DNA of 64,000 nucleotides from the NCBI GenBank assembly GCA_015065335.1, contig SVQM01000001.1, forward strand, positions 4-64,003. Reading direction: 5' to 3'. The stretch is from Oscillospiraceae bacterium (GTDB taxonomy: Bacteria > Bacillota > Clostridia > Oscillospirales > CAG-272). The notes under the pieces are model-generated. The model was not told the DNA's origin. It did no database searches and saw only the letters and a list, made by a program, of their open reading frames with translations. The position numbers and the translations under genes are program-made. Positions 39,686 to 48,253 of this stretch are shown one piece after another; position 1 is the first letter of the stretch, and each line of letters begins with the position of its first letter.

Positions 39686-41008
39686 ATGAAGAAAACCATA
39701 TGTTTGTTGCTTTTTGTATGTATGCTCCTGTGTCCGGTGTCTTGCCAAGGAAAGGTGGGTCGTCCGCAAGTGACGGAAGGTAGTACAGTATCAACCGAAG
39801 GTACAGTATCAACAGAAAGTACCATTGCAGTACCTGAACAGGTTACTGCAGAGCATCTTACGATAGGTAAATATTTCAGTCAGCAGCAGGAATGGGACGA
39901 TGAAATTCTGTTGGCGTTGAGCGAGTATAATGCTGTCACGCTTTTGGGTGACAGCATACAGAAATATCCCGTTTCGGCAGAAGCTCTGGAACAGACACGG
40001 AGGATGATAATACGTTCCATGGAAGACGAGTTCGACAATCTTCTTGCTACTGCAAAAGATGAACTGGCGCTTCTTGGTGCAGATAGCTTTGTAACCAAAT
40101 CATCCACCCTTGACGTACAGCTACGCCGTGCTGACAGTGTAGCGGTAAGTCTGCTGTCAGATTCTTGTCTGGTATACGGGAATATCAATGGCCGTTATCT
40201 GAACGGAACGACATATGACACCGTAACGGGTGAAACGCTGATGATTACCGATATTATTAAAGACATGAACAGGATTCCCACGATCGTGAAAATGGAACTG
40301 ACTTCCCATATGTGGACGGGTGACTTTACTACTGAAACTGCTGTGGAGGACTATTTCCGTGACACGCCTGAAGACAGTCTCGCATGGACTCTTGATTATA
40401 ACGGCGTGACCTTTTATTTCGGTAACGGTGATGTTGCAGAAATTGGTCAACACGGACGTTTGGCTGCAACTGTGTCCTTTGCCAAGTACCCGGATCTGTT
40501 TGAAGAGAAATATATGGCTGTCCCCGATTCCTACATGGTTGAACTTCCTTTGAAGCACCCATTTTACACTGATCTTGACGGCGACGGTGCACCGGAAGAG
40601 TTTAATGTAACTCCCGTCTCGGGTGATGACGGTCTGTCCTATGAATCATTCGACATTTATACCGACACGGAAACACAGTATCACTGCGCAGAGTTTCCTG
40701 CAGATATCACTCACCGCACCGGCGGATATCACCCGTATTACCTAAAAACTGCAGACGGCAAACACTATCTGTACGTCTTCGCAGAAGGAAGCGAATTGGC
40801 GGCGGGTGACATGAAACTTTATGTGATAGACATAACCGGAGGCGAATTCAAGAAAGTCGGAGATATGCACGTCGCTCCCGGATACGTTCAGGCAGATTGC
40901 GCATGGGCACTGACCGATCCGAACAACATGATGCTTGAGAATTTTGAGCTTATGGAGGAAACTGCAGCTTACCGAGTGGGTGACGATGGAATGCCGATGC
41001 GAAAATAA
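39686..41008 (+). CDS. Lipoprotein of unknown function
   Basis: Start set at MKKTICLLLFVCMLLCPVSCQG (lipobox-like PVSC). No recognisable catalytic motif. Confidence 0.6.
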   Translation: MKKTICLLLFVCMLLCPVSCQGKVGRPQVTEGSTVSTEGTVSTESTIAVPEQVTAEHLTIGKYFSQQQEWDDEILLALSEYNAVTLLGDSIQKYPVSAEALEQTRRMIIRSMEDEFDNLLATAKDELALLGADSFVTKSSTLDVQLRRADSVAVSLLSDSCLVYGNINGRYLNGTTYDTVTGETLMITDIIKDMNRIPTIVKMELTSHMWTGDFTTETAVEDYFRDTPEDSLAWTLDYNGVTFYFGNGDVAEIGQHGRLAATVSFAKYPDLFEEKYMAVPDSYMVELPLKHPFYTDLDGDGAPEEFNVTPVSGDDGLSYESFDIYTDTETQYHCAEFPADITHRTGGYHPYYLKTADGKHYLYVFAEGSELAAGDMKLYVIDITGGEFKKVGDMHVAPGYVQADCAWALTDPNNMMLENFELMEETAAYRVGDDGMPMRK

Positions 41009-41109
41009 GAGGTACATTATAATATTACACGTTACAAAAACTTAAAAATATTAATTATAAAAAATGATATATTTTTTCGAAAATTAACATGCTTGTAATT
41101 AAAAGAGAT

Positions 41110-41168
41110 AAGAAACCGGACACCTGCATGATGCGGATTGTATCAAGTAGGTGTCCGGTTTTGAAAGT
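41110..41168. repeat. Direct repeat copy 1 (terminator hairpin AAACCGGACACC...GGTGTCCGGTTT + TTGAAAGT)
   Basis: About 80% identical to 42304-42356 including the loop ..GAT.CG.ATTGTATCAA... Acts as an intrinsic terminator after the 39686 gene. Confidence 0.7.
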
Positions 41169-41315
41169 AATGGTCTATTTTAATACAAAAGAGACATACC
41201 TACGACCTTTCGTTAAAAGGTTCAGGTTATCTTAAAAGGTGTTTTTAACACAAATGAATTAACTTTATAAGCCTATTATAAACTGATGGTTGACTTTATC
41301 TTGAATATCCGATGA

Positions 41316-41344
41316 TTGACTTTATATGTTTGGTGAATTATAAT
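41316..41344 (+). promoter_or_regulatory. Sigma-70-type promoter of the XRE-PRTase gene, with a duplicated GATGRTTGACTTTAT box
   Basis: TTGACT-17 nt-TATAAT. A second copy of the TTGACT box lies 26 nt upstream (41290-41295). Confidence 0.55.
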
Positions 41345-41391
41345 CATATCATAGGTGGCCGCCTGTATTTAGTATGAAAGGATTTGAACAA

Positions 41392-42153
41392 ATGAATTCG
41401 ATAGGTAAAAACATCAAACGCCTTCGCATTTCAAAAGGTGACACACAGGAAAACATCGCTTATGCTCTTAACATATCTTGTCAAGCGGTATCAAAATGGG
41501 AGAATGGTAACGCAACTCCTGATATATCAATACTACCATTGCTTGCTGATTATTTTGATATAACAATAGATGAACTCATGAATCACAAGTTAAACGCTTA
41601 TACAAAGAAAGACCGCTTTGTTAAACTGCTTCACAATAGCGGTGCTCTTGTTTTTACTGATGACAACTATTATGTGAACACCGAAAAAATCAGCACAAAT
41701 TTGCAGTTTTCCAAGATTGGCGAATGCTTTGCCGATTATATTCAAGAAAATAGCTTAGAGTATGACGCAATCGCAGGATTAGCATATCATGGAATTGGGT
41801 TTTCATCCGCAACTGTATTTTCGTTATACCAAAAATATGGTGTTACCACATCATACTTCTTCGATAGAAAAGTTCCTGACAGTCGCTCACGCATGATTTG
41901 CGGCTATACACCTAAGCATGGTGATAGAATAATTATAATTGACGATATTATTGGAACAGGCGAGTCTCTCGATAAACGCCTTGAATACTTAATTAAAGAG
42001 TTTGGTGTGAAAATCGAATCAGTTATTGCCATAGTGAATCTTAAAAGCAAAAGAACTGATGGGCTTACAGGTGAAGAATATATCTCAAATAAGTATGGAA
42101 CAACAATACACACATTGATTTCAGATGAAAACATAAGAAGTCTTTATCAGTAA
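41392..42153 (+). CDS. XRE-family HTH fused to an orotate-phosphoribosyltransferase-like (type I PRTase) domain
   Basis: HTH IGKNIKRLRISKGDTQENIAYALNISCQAVSKWENGNATPDISILPLLADYFDITIDEL. PRPP loop RIIIIDDIIGTGES with OPRTase-like upstream pattern. An alternative ATG at 41374 lacks an RBS. Confidence 0.7.
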   Translation: MNSIGKNIKRLRISKGDTQENIAYALNISCQAVSKWENGNATPDISILPLLADYFDITIDELMNHKLNAYTKKDRFVKLLHNSGALVFTDDNYYVNTEKISTNLQFSKIGECFADYIQENSLEYDAIAGLAYHGIGFSSATVFSLYQKYGVTTSYFFDRKVPDSRSRMICGYTPKHGDRIIIIDDIIGTGESLDKRLEYLIKEFGVKIESVIAIVNLKSKRTDGLTGEEYISNKYGTTIHTLISDENIRSLYQ

Positions 42154-42303
42154 ATTATATAGTGAAATCCGAGATTCAATCTAGGATACCACTAAACACT
42201 ATTGACATACCATTCCCAAAAATGGACACACCCATATACCAATATTTAAAAGGTATGGATAGGTAAATGTAAGAATAGGCTTGTAATTAGTGACTTTCGT
42301 AAA

Positions 42304-42383
42304 AAGAAACCGGACACCACTTCGATACGCATTGTATCAAAATTGGTGTCCGGTTTTGGTTGCGGGGGTGGGATTTGAAAGTC
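42304..42383. repeat. Direct repeat copy 2, carrying an extra tRNA-3'-end-like insert
   Basis: Same hairpin as 41113-41162, then TGGTTGCGGGGGTGGGATTTGAA, then the shared TTGAAAGT. Confidence 0.7.
42357..42379 (-). other. tRNA 3'-end-like fragment (T-loop, T-stem, acceptor, CCA); possible att or pseudo-tRNA remnant
   Basis: Minus strand reads TTCAAAT-CCCAC-CCCCGCA-A-CCA. No matching 5' acceptor TGCGGGG or cloverleaf upstream, only a weak D-arm-like GCCGAGTGTACCGAGGC at 42410-42429. Confidence 0.35.
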
Positions 42384-42974
42384 CCTTCCTGAAATATGGT
42401 CGAAATCTTCGCCTCGGTACACTCGGCTCTATTTCTCCCTATTTCAGTTATTCGCTTCGCAAAAACGATTCACCGGATCGTTTTTTGCTCGCTCGCCCAC
42501 GACCTCCGGGTTATGAGCTGTTCCGGGAGTACCCGGGATGCCCAGTAAATACTGGATAAAACGGGTTCGGGTATGCAAAAACCGACCAAAAAACCGACCA
42601 AGGAATCCGGGTATACCAAGACTAATTTTACCGGTTCCGATGATCCTGTGGAGATGTTGTCGGCTTCCTTGAAACTTGTCACGAGAGTGGATTTTGATTT
42701 GGTTTTGGGCAGTGTAATTTTAGTTTTAGAGTTGGCTTTCCAGCGGTTATGTGAAATTCGAAAAAGCCAAACCGACGGATCGACGAAAGAGCCGACGAGA
42801 TGGGGTAGGAGGATTTTGGTTAGATGTATACATATTGCGGAAAGTGACAGATATTATCGAATAATTGATCTGAGATAAATTTGGATCTTTGATGAATTGT
42901 GTTCGAATATAAGGTATTTGTATCGAAACAACATCAACTTTTTGCGAAAGTTTACCAAAAGATACTGTTTAATG

Positions 42975-43003
42975 TTGTAATTACTGTGATACTGTGCTAT
43001 AAT
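42975..43003 (+). promoter_or_regulatory. Candidate promoter at the head of the 43-57 kb array
   Basis: TTGTAA-17 nt-TATAAT. Confidence 0.45.
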
Positions 43004-43055
43004 GTATTTGCAAGATAATAATCTTGCGTACATTACTGCCTGTGAAACACAAAAT

Positions 43056-43072
43056 GTCTCTGCAGAAGCGAC
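43056..43072 (+). promoter_or_regulatory. Degenerate copy of the 17-nt palindrome GTCKCY-N5-RGCGAC
   Basis: GTCTCTGCAGAAGCGAC followed by CATAG. Ends 51 nt before the ATG at 43124. Confidence 0.35.
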
Positions 43073-43135
43073 CATAGTCGGTTGTCTTTGTGCTATGATA
43101 AATACAGAATTTCGAAGAAAGGCATGGTTATAATT

Positions 43136-43435
43136 ATGAAACTAAGAATTATAGAAGAATGTTTTGGTATCAATAGAAGAACAGGAGAACGAAGCACCGG
43201 GAAGACGGACGAAAAGTCAGTAGATGCTATTGTGGAAACTGTTATCGAAATGTCTGCCGGCAGACGAAAGTTCCATATAGAAGCTGTGAGTGAAAACAGA
43301 ATTACTGTAACCGTTGTTTATGACAACAATCCTGCGGCGAATAAAACCTATGAAATTGTCAGGGGCGATAGCGTGCTATATAAGCCAATGTCGAGAGACG
43401 GAGGATACAAATACACGCTTTACTGTGAAGATTAA
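43136..43435 (+). CDS. Small-domain protein, copy 1 (MKLRIxE...DGGYKY family), unknown function
   Basis: 99 aa. Paralog of 47049 and 52606, sharing N-terminal MKL[RK]IE, GRRKF[HY]I and C-terminal DGG[YH][KE]Y. An in-frame ATG at 43124 is also possible. Confidence 0.7.
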   Translation: MKLRIIEECFGINRRTGERSTGKTDEKSVDAIVETVIEMSAGRRKFHIEAVSENRITVTVVYDNNPAANKTYEIVRGDSVLYKPMSRDGGYKYTLYCED

Positions 43436-43466
43436 CAAAGCCGTAAGTACCGTAAGGAGGTAAACT

Positions 43467-44126
43467 ATGGGTTATACAGAAATAAGTGTAAAGCGCATCC
43501 TTGAACTGATAAAAGAAATAGAGGAACGTAAAGAGCATCCGAATGCTGCGGCCACCTATAAGGATGTTCCAGCTCTATGTGAGATAGACAGAATCGTAAA
43601 AGAACAGCTGGTTTTGGAAGAACCGTGTGACCGTGATACGCTTATCGACAGCATATTTGCTGTCAGATATCTCGGAACTTCCTATGAAACTATGTGGAGA
43701 ATTGCTTACGCCAATAAATATTATAAATGGCTGTTTGACATTCATTCTGAGCTTTACCGCCGTTTCGGCGAAAAAGACAAGGAACTTGCTGATGACTATT
43801 ATACTGCTCTGAGAGCAAGGAATTATTACGGTAAAGACGAGTGTTCTGACTTAATAGAGTTAGCGAAAGGGCTTATTTCCGACAGTAAACGCCTGAAAAT
43901 CGAAAAAGAGATACTTGAGGACTTCTGTCCGTTGAAGCATGATCCCGTTGAGCTGAGTGACAAGTATCTGGAGGTCATCGACGAAGTGGATCGCCTGATG
44001 GATGTTCCGGAAAACAAAAACGTTCATTCCTTTGTGCGGAATGAACGTTTTCAGGCACTACTTCTGCAGTATGGCATAGAATGGGAACCGATGACTTCAC
44101 TTAATCCCGGTTGGCATTTCGATTGA
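43467..44126 (+). CDS. Hypothetical helical protein
   Basis: 219-aa ORF with RBS AAGGAGG + 7 nt. No recognised motif. Confidence 0.65.
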   Translation: MGYTEISVKRILELIKEIEERKEHPNAAATYKDVPALCEIDRIVKEQLVLEEPCDRDTLIDSIFAVRYLGTSYETMWRIAYANKYYKWLFDIHSELYRRFGEKDKELADDYYTALRARNYYGKDECSDLIELAKGLISDSKRLKIEKEILEDFCPLKHDPVELSDKYLEVIDEVDRLMDVPENKNVHSFVRNERFQALLLQYGIEWEPMTSLNPGWHFD

Positions 44127-44185
44127 TCTGTTGTTAAGGGATATAATTTGAACACAGATAAATATGGAACGGATGGTGGGAAAAC

Positions 44186-44656
44186 GTGACGGAAGAATTG
44201 TTGCAGGCATGTAAGTCGTACATAGAAAACGGCGGTGCGTTGAGTGAAGACAATGTGATACCGCATTTCAAAATGATGGATATCAGCGTAAGCGAAGCGG
44301 ATGCTTATCTGCGGTATAACAGGGATCTTTCCTTTAACGAGCGTCTGTTTCTCCTGATCGACCGAACAGGTCAGAAGGACAGTGATGTATATAAAAAGGC
44401 ACATATCGACAGACGGCTTTTTTCAAAGATTCGTTCCAATAAGAATTACATTCCATGCAAAAAGACGGTGATCGCACTTTGTTTGGCACTGGAGCTTAAC
44501 CGTGAAGATGCAGATGCACTTCTGATTTCTGCGGGATACAGTTTATCCCGTGCAGATGATTATGACCTGGCAATAGCATTTTGCATTGATAAAAAGGTGT
44601 TTGATTTCTTTGATGTTAATGAGGTGATGGTGCACTTCGGATTTGAAGTTTTCTGA
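44186..44656 (+). CDS. HTH-domain protein (XRE-like C-terminal half)
   Basis: GTG start 5 nt after GGTGGG. The segment VYKKAHIDRRLFSKIRSNKNYIPCKKTVIALCLALELNREDADALLISAGYSL resembles an XRE-type HTH. Confidence 0.55.
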   Translation: MTEELLQACKSYIENGGALSEDNVIPHFKMMDISVSEADAYLRYNRDLSFNERLFLLIDRTGQKDSDVYKKAHIDRRLFSKIRSNKNYIPCKKTVIALCLALELNREDADALLISAGYSLSRADDYDLAIAFCIDKKVFDFFDVNEVMVHFGFEVF

Positions 44657-44664
44657 AATGGAAA

Positions 44665-44686
44665 ATGCCGCCCCTAAGGACGGCAT
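44665..44686. terminator. Hairpin between convergent genes (T-run on the minus strand)
   Basis: ATGCCG-N10-CGGCAT. The minus strand continues with TTTTCCATTT. Confidence 0.5.
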
Positions 44687-44690
44687 GGGT

Positions 44691-44912
44691 TTATGAATCA
44701 CTGTCGGTTTTATCAGAATCATCGTCGGATATGTTCTCGAGAGCGTATTCCAAACATTGAATGACGATCTTGTTGACCGATGTGTTGTATTTCCCGGCGA
44801 GCATTTCCAGCTTCTCAACAATGGGAACGGGAATACGAAACGTTTTGTTTACTGATTCAAAGCCTTTTTCAAATTCTAACACTGTCTTGTACATGCCTTT
44901 CTTTGTGTGCAT
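44691..44912 (-). CDS. Small ribbon-helix-helix-like protein (Arc/CopG-like), the only minus-strand gene inside the array
   Basis: FRIPVPIVEKLEMLAGKYNTSVNKIVIQCLEYAL fits a beta-strand plus two-helix RHH pattern. The start is ambiguous (ATG 44912, ATG 44894 or GTG 44882). Confidence 0.5.
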   Translation of the reverse strand: MHTKKGMYKTVLEFEKGFESVNKTFRIPVPIVEKLEMLAGKYNTSVNKIVIQCLEYALENISDDDSDKTDSDS

Positions 44913-44999
44913 TTAGTTTCATACATTATTATGCACGAAAAAGAGGCAAAAATATACAATTAAATTGCATTTAACTATTCTTGCAAAAGCATTGCAAAT

Positions 45000-45016
45000 G
45001 TCGCCGTAACGGCGAC
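45000..45016 (+). promoter_or_regulatory. 17-nt palindrome GTCGCC-GTAAC-GGCGAC
   Basis: Perfect 6-bp arms, followed by CACAAG. Ends 51 nt before the ATG at 45068. TATGAG/GATAAT -10-like hexamers start 17 nt downstream. Confidence 0.5.
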
Positions 45017-45067
45017 CACAAGATATAAAAAATATGAGATAATAATTACGCTGAAGGAGGCGATATT

Positions 45068-45298
45068 ATGAGTAAATCTAAAAAAATGAGAAGATTGATT
45101 AAGTCGGCTAAAATGGGTAAGCCTTATGCCATGTATGAACTTGGTATCTGTTACCAGCTCGGTCGTGAACGTGTGCAGGATATGAATGAGGCTGCAGGGT
45201 GGATCGGCTGTGCCGCAGTAGCAGGGTATGCTCCCGCAATCGAGTGGATGAAGGATTACGGCTTTGACGACGATGCCATGGTTCAGGCAGAGTCTTAA
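45068..45298 (+). CDS. Single Sel1-like repeat protein
   Basis: GKPYAMYELGICYQLGRERVQDMNEAAGWIGCAAVAGYAPA matches the Sel1 consensus. RBS GAAGGAGG. Confidence 0.65.
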   Translation: MSKSKKMRRLIKSAKMGKPYAMYELGICYQLGRERVQDMNEAAGWIGCAAVAGYAPAIEWMKDYGFDDDAMVQAES

Positions 45299-45312
45299 GG
45301 AGGAGTATTTTA

Positions 45313-45594
45313 ATGATCAAAATAACATGTCCGTATTGCGGCGGCAGATGCGAAACTACCGGTGGACCTGACGGGAATCCCTTTAATAAAGACCGCACGG
45401 AAAAGACCGTGTGTACTGCTTGCGGGCGTACTGTATCGGAGGCAGAGCCTTTGCAGATTCCTGCAGATGTTCTTGAAGAATTACTGACTGATGTCGATAT
45501 AATCGAAATAGATACGGACGGTGATGACGTACCTGATACGGAAGATGTCAACATGAGCATTTCCGATATTGTAAATCCTCCGAAAGTAGATTGA
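45313..45594 (+). CDS. Zinc-ribbon protein with an acidic tail
   Basis: CPYCGG...CTACG ribbon, then a D/E-rich C-terminus. RBS GGAGGAG. Confidence 0.6.
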   Translation: MIKITCPYCGGRCETTGGPDGNPFNKDRTEKTVCTACGRTVSEAEPLQIPADVLEELLTDVDIIEIDTDGDDVPDTEDVNMSISDIVNPPKVD

Positions 45595-45611
45595 AATTGA
45601 AGGAGTATGTT

Positions 45612-47018
45612 ATGGCAGACAACATGAAATGCTTGAAAGCTACAGACGGAACTGTTGCCGATAAAACTGCAATAAATGTCGGTGAGAGTACATACTCATC
45701 GCAGGCAGCTAATAAAGAAGAAATAAAAGAAGGATATCTCTGTCGGCTCAGATGGCGTGTTATGCGTCAGTGTGACGGCGAGAGCGAAATGCAGTGCATA
45801 CCCTTTGATGAGTTGATTTTTAAGAATGGCAAATGTATAGGAATATATCATGCAGACATCATTATGCTGTTCGATGATGAAAATACTCACCAGCATAAAA
45901 AATGGGTTGGTGAAGTTGTTACAGGTCATGATCAAGGATATGATGTGTATGAAACTTATTCCCTGATAAGAATCAAGCGAATAGTCAATACGGATGGTGC
46001 TGACGAAGCGCAAGAGGCTTATGACAGAGCCGAAAAACTATATAATGACGGAAAGTACGAGGATAGCATTGAATGGTATGAAAAAGCCGCACTGCTCGGC
46101 CATGAGGCCGCAATAAATGCTCTTGGATTCTGCTATCTTTACGGAGTTGGTGTGGCTGAAGATATGGATATAGCTGCCGAGCTTTTCAGACAGGCTTTGG
46201 CACATGGTAATATGAAGGCTGCCGGAAATTTAAGCAGAATGCAGTGCTTATACGGATATAAGATGAAGGAATCAGAGGCATTCCGTGTGGCAAAGCTCGG
46301 AGCTGAGACTGGAAACATCTATGCTTTTGTACCACTTGCTTATTGCTATTATTATGGTACAGGATGTGCCAAAAATGAGAAACTTGCCGCATATTGGGCA
46401 TGCAGAAGCTACGAGCACAGAGAAGATTTACCCGAAGCATATAAGCTAATGGCATTCTTATACAGAGAAGGGTGTTTCTTCCCGAAGGTGACTTCCATGG
46501 CGAAATACTGCTACCTGAAACTCACAGAAATGGGTGCTGATTTTTCGGGAATCCTGGATACACCTGAATTTAAGACAGTGAGTCCCGTGGAGCCGATCAT
46601 TCCCGAATTTGATGACAAGTCTCCTGATTTCTTCACACAGGAGTGTCCCCGTGACCTGTATACCGAAGCTTTGCATTACCTCGGCTACAGAGACGGATAC
46701 ACTCCCATTGATGCAAAGAAAGCTGAGGAATTTCTGACAAAAGCGGCAGAACAGGGATATACAAAAGCGCAGTATTCACTTGGAATCAGATACGTCGATT
46801 CCATGGAGCGAAGTGAAGTCAGATATTATCCCGACGGATCTATATCTGCATTTCCTTGTAACAATGAGCTTGGATGTGATCTAATCCGTAAAGCGGCAGA
46901 ATGCGGTGATTATGACGCTATAGGGGCAATGTCGACACTGTGTTTTGACGACGTGGGGATCGATATGTATGAGTATGAACATTACGAAGAACTGAAAAAG
47001 AAGTTTTTCGGGAAATAA
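45612..47018 (+). CDS. Sel1-repeat protein with an unknown N-terminal domain
   Basis: Start set at MADNMK (AAGGAG RBS). Repeats such as WYEKAALLGHEAAINALGFCYLYGVGVAEDMDIAAELFRQALAHGN. Confidence 0.7.
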   Translation: MADNMKCLKATDGTVADKTAINVGESTYSSQAANKEEIKEGYLCRLRWRVMRQCDGESEMQCIPFDELIFKNGKCIGIYHADIIMLFDDENTHQHKKWVGEVVTGHDQGYDVYETYSLIRIKRIVNTDGADEAQEAYDRAEKLYNDGKYEDSIEWYEKAALLGHEAAINALGFCYLYGVGVAEDMDIAAELFRQALAHGNMKAAGNLSRMQCLYGYKMKESEAFRVAKLGAETGNIYAFVPLAYCYYYGTGCAKNEKLAAYWACRSYEHREDLPEAYKLMAFLYREGCFFPKVTSMAKYCYLKLTEMGADFSGILDTPEFKTVSPVEPIIPEFDDKSPDFFTQECPRDLYTEALHYLGYRDGYTPIDAKKAEEFLTKAAEQGYTKAQYSLGIRYVDSMERSEVRYYPDGSISAFPCNNELGCDLIRKAAECGDYDAIGAMSTLCFDDVGIDMYEYEHYEELKKKFFGK

Positions 47019-47048
47019 GCATTTACATAGAAATACGGAGGACTAAAA

Positions 47049-47348
47049 ATGAAACTTAGAATAGAAGAAATATTTTGGGGAATCAATCACCGTGAAGGTA
47101 GATTTAGTGAAAAGGTAACTGCAGATGAGGTTTTCCCTTGTGAGGTAGGAGCCGTACCGGAGTTCGGTAACGGAAGAAGAAAGTTCTATATTGACAAGGT
47201 AACGGAAAAGACCATCGTTCTCTCCGTTCATTACGAAAACAATCCTTCTGCAGACGAAGAATGGCGGCTCAGGATCGGCTGCAAAAAGGAATATGCACCT
47301 ATCTCATTTGACGGCGGATACAAGTACCGTTTTTATGTAACCGAGTGA
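47049..47348 (+). CDS. Small-domain protein, copy 2
   Basis: 99 aa. MKLRIEEIFWGINHREG...GRRKFYIDKVTEKTIVLSVHYENNP...DGGYKYRFY. RBS GGAGG + 8 nt. Confidence 0.75.
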   Translation: MKLRIEEIFWGINHREGRFSEKVTADEVFPCEVGAVPEFGNGRRKFYIDKVTEKTIVLSVHYENNPSADEEWRLRIGCKKEYAPISFDGGYKYRFYVTE

Positions 47349-47368
47349 TTTGACGGAGGGTATTTACA

Positions 47369-47599
47369 GTGAATGACGTATATTCCGTAGTGCTTGAAAG
47401 TGTAGGAACACGACCGCTTCTGACCATGAAATTTATTATGGAAATAACGGGGATCGGCCTCGGCGATGCCAAAAATATGGTGGATGAAGTACCGTCAATC
47501 GTGGCAACAGAAATGGACATTGATGAAGCATGCGAACTTCGGGATGGTCTGGAATATATCGGGAACGTGGTGACTATCCCGGAGCTTGAAATGTGGTGA
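47369..47599 (+). CDS. Stand-alone ribosomal L7/L12 C-terminal-domain-like protein
   Basis: VVLESVGTRPLLTMKFIMEITGIGLGDAKNMVDEVPSIVATEMDIDEACELRDGLEYIG aligns with the L12 CTD (...[27 protein letters not shown]...). GTG start after GGAGGG. Confidence 0.65.
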   Translation: MNDVYSVVLESVGTRPLLTMKFIMEITGIGLGDAKNMVDEVPSIVATEMDIDEACELRDGLEYIGNVVTIPELEMW

Positions 47600-47627
47600 A
47601 TACTAAAAAATCAGGAGAGATGTTTAC

Positions 47628-48221
47628 ATGGAACAGACCATTGAATATAAAAACGGAATATATACGGGTGAATTAAAAAACGGATTTCCCCACGGCGTGG
47701 GACATTACTCCCATATATCGACGCATGATTACGACGGACTTGAGTGTAAATTTGTTTGTCACAAAAGAGGAATATGGGTAGATGATATTCTTTCCGGTGT
47801 GGTGTGGGAATACCTCCACGAGGATGATACTCGTGAGAAAACCACTGAGAGCTGTGTATTTCAGGATGAATACGGTCTGGTCTTGCTTGGTATCGACAGA
47901 GATGGTAAGCTTATCGGAACTCTTGCAGAAACTCTCACAGAGCTTGAAGTATCATATGATCGTGGAATGATTTGTAGGCAAAGCAACCGAAGCTGGGGCA
48001 AGGTTATCCGTGACGGTCATACATTCATCGGTCAGTTTTCCTCCGAAAAGGAACTCCCTTATTATGCAGATGATTATGTTCCTCACGGATTTTGCATTGA
48101 AATGGAAGGCGAAAAGTTGGTTTATTGCGGAATGTTCGATATGGGTGAGAGAAAAGGTGCGGGTGTGATCCCGTCAGCTGATCCCGATGTTCCTTTTACT
48201 ATGAGTTTTCAGGTTATCTGA
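47628..48221 (+). CDS. MORN-like repeat protein
   Basis: YKNGIYTGELKNGFPHGVGHY matches the MORN consensus (YxGxxxxGxxHGxG). RBS AGGAGAG. Confidence 0.55.
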   Translation: MEQTIEYKNGIYTGELKNGFPHGVGHYSHISTHDYDGLECKFVCHKRGIWVDDILSGVVWEYLHEDDTREKTTESCVFQDEYGLVLLGIDRDGKLIGTLAETLTELEVSYDRGMICRQSNRSWGKVIRDGHTFIGQFSSEKELPYYADDYVPHGFCIEMEGEKLVYCGMFDMGERKGAGVIPSADPDVPFTMSFQVI

Positions 48222-48253
48222 AACAGATACGAGATAAGTAAAAGTATGATTTT

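Noticed and set aside
38440-41008. Extending the foreign-DNA call from the 35613 gene to the two downstream genes.
   Set aside because: Hand-sampled GC fluctuates between 37% and 55%, and codon usage is mixed. The evidence is too weak without computation.
42357-42450. A possible complete tRNA gene on the minus strand.
   Set aside because: Only the last 23 nt look tRNA-like. No 5' acceptor strand (TGCGGGG), no proper T-stem partner and no anticodon arm could be folded by hand. It is kept only as a fragment or att candidate.
42573-42878. A 101-aa ORF, and neighbouring small ORFs at 42290-42682, in the gap between the XRE-PRTase gene and the array.
   Set aside because: They have no RBS and no recognisable motif, the ORFs overlap on both strands, and the region looks like non-coding junction DNA.
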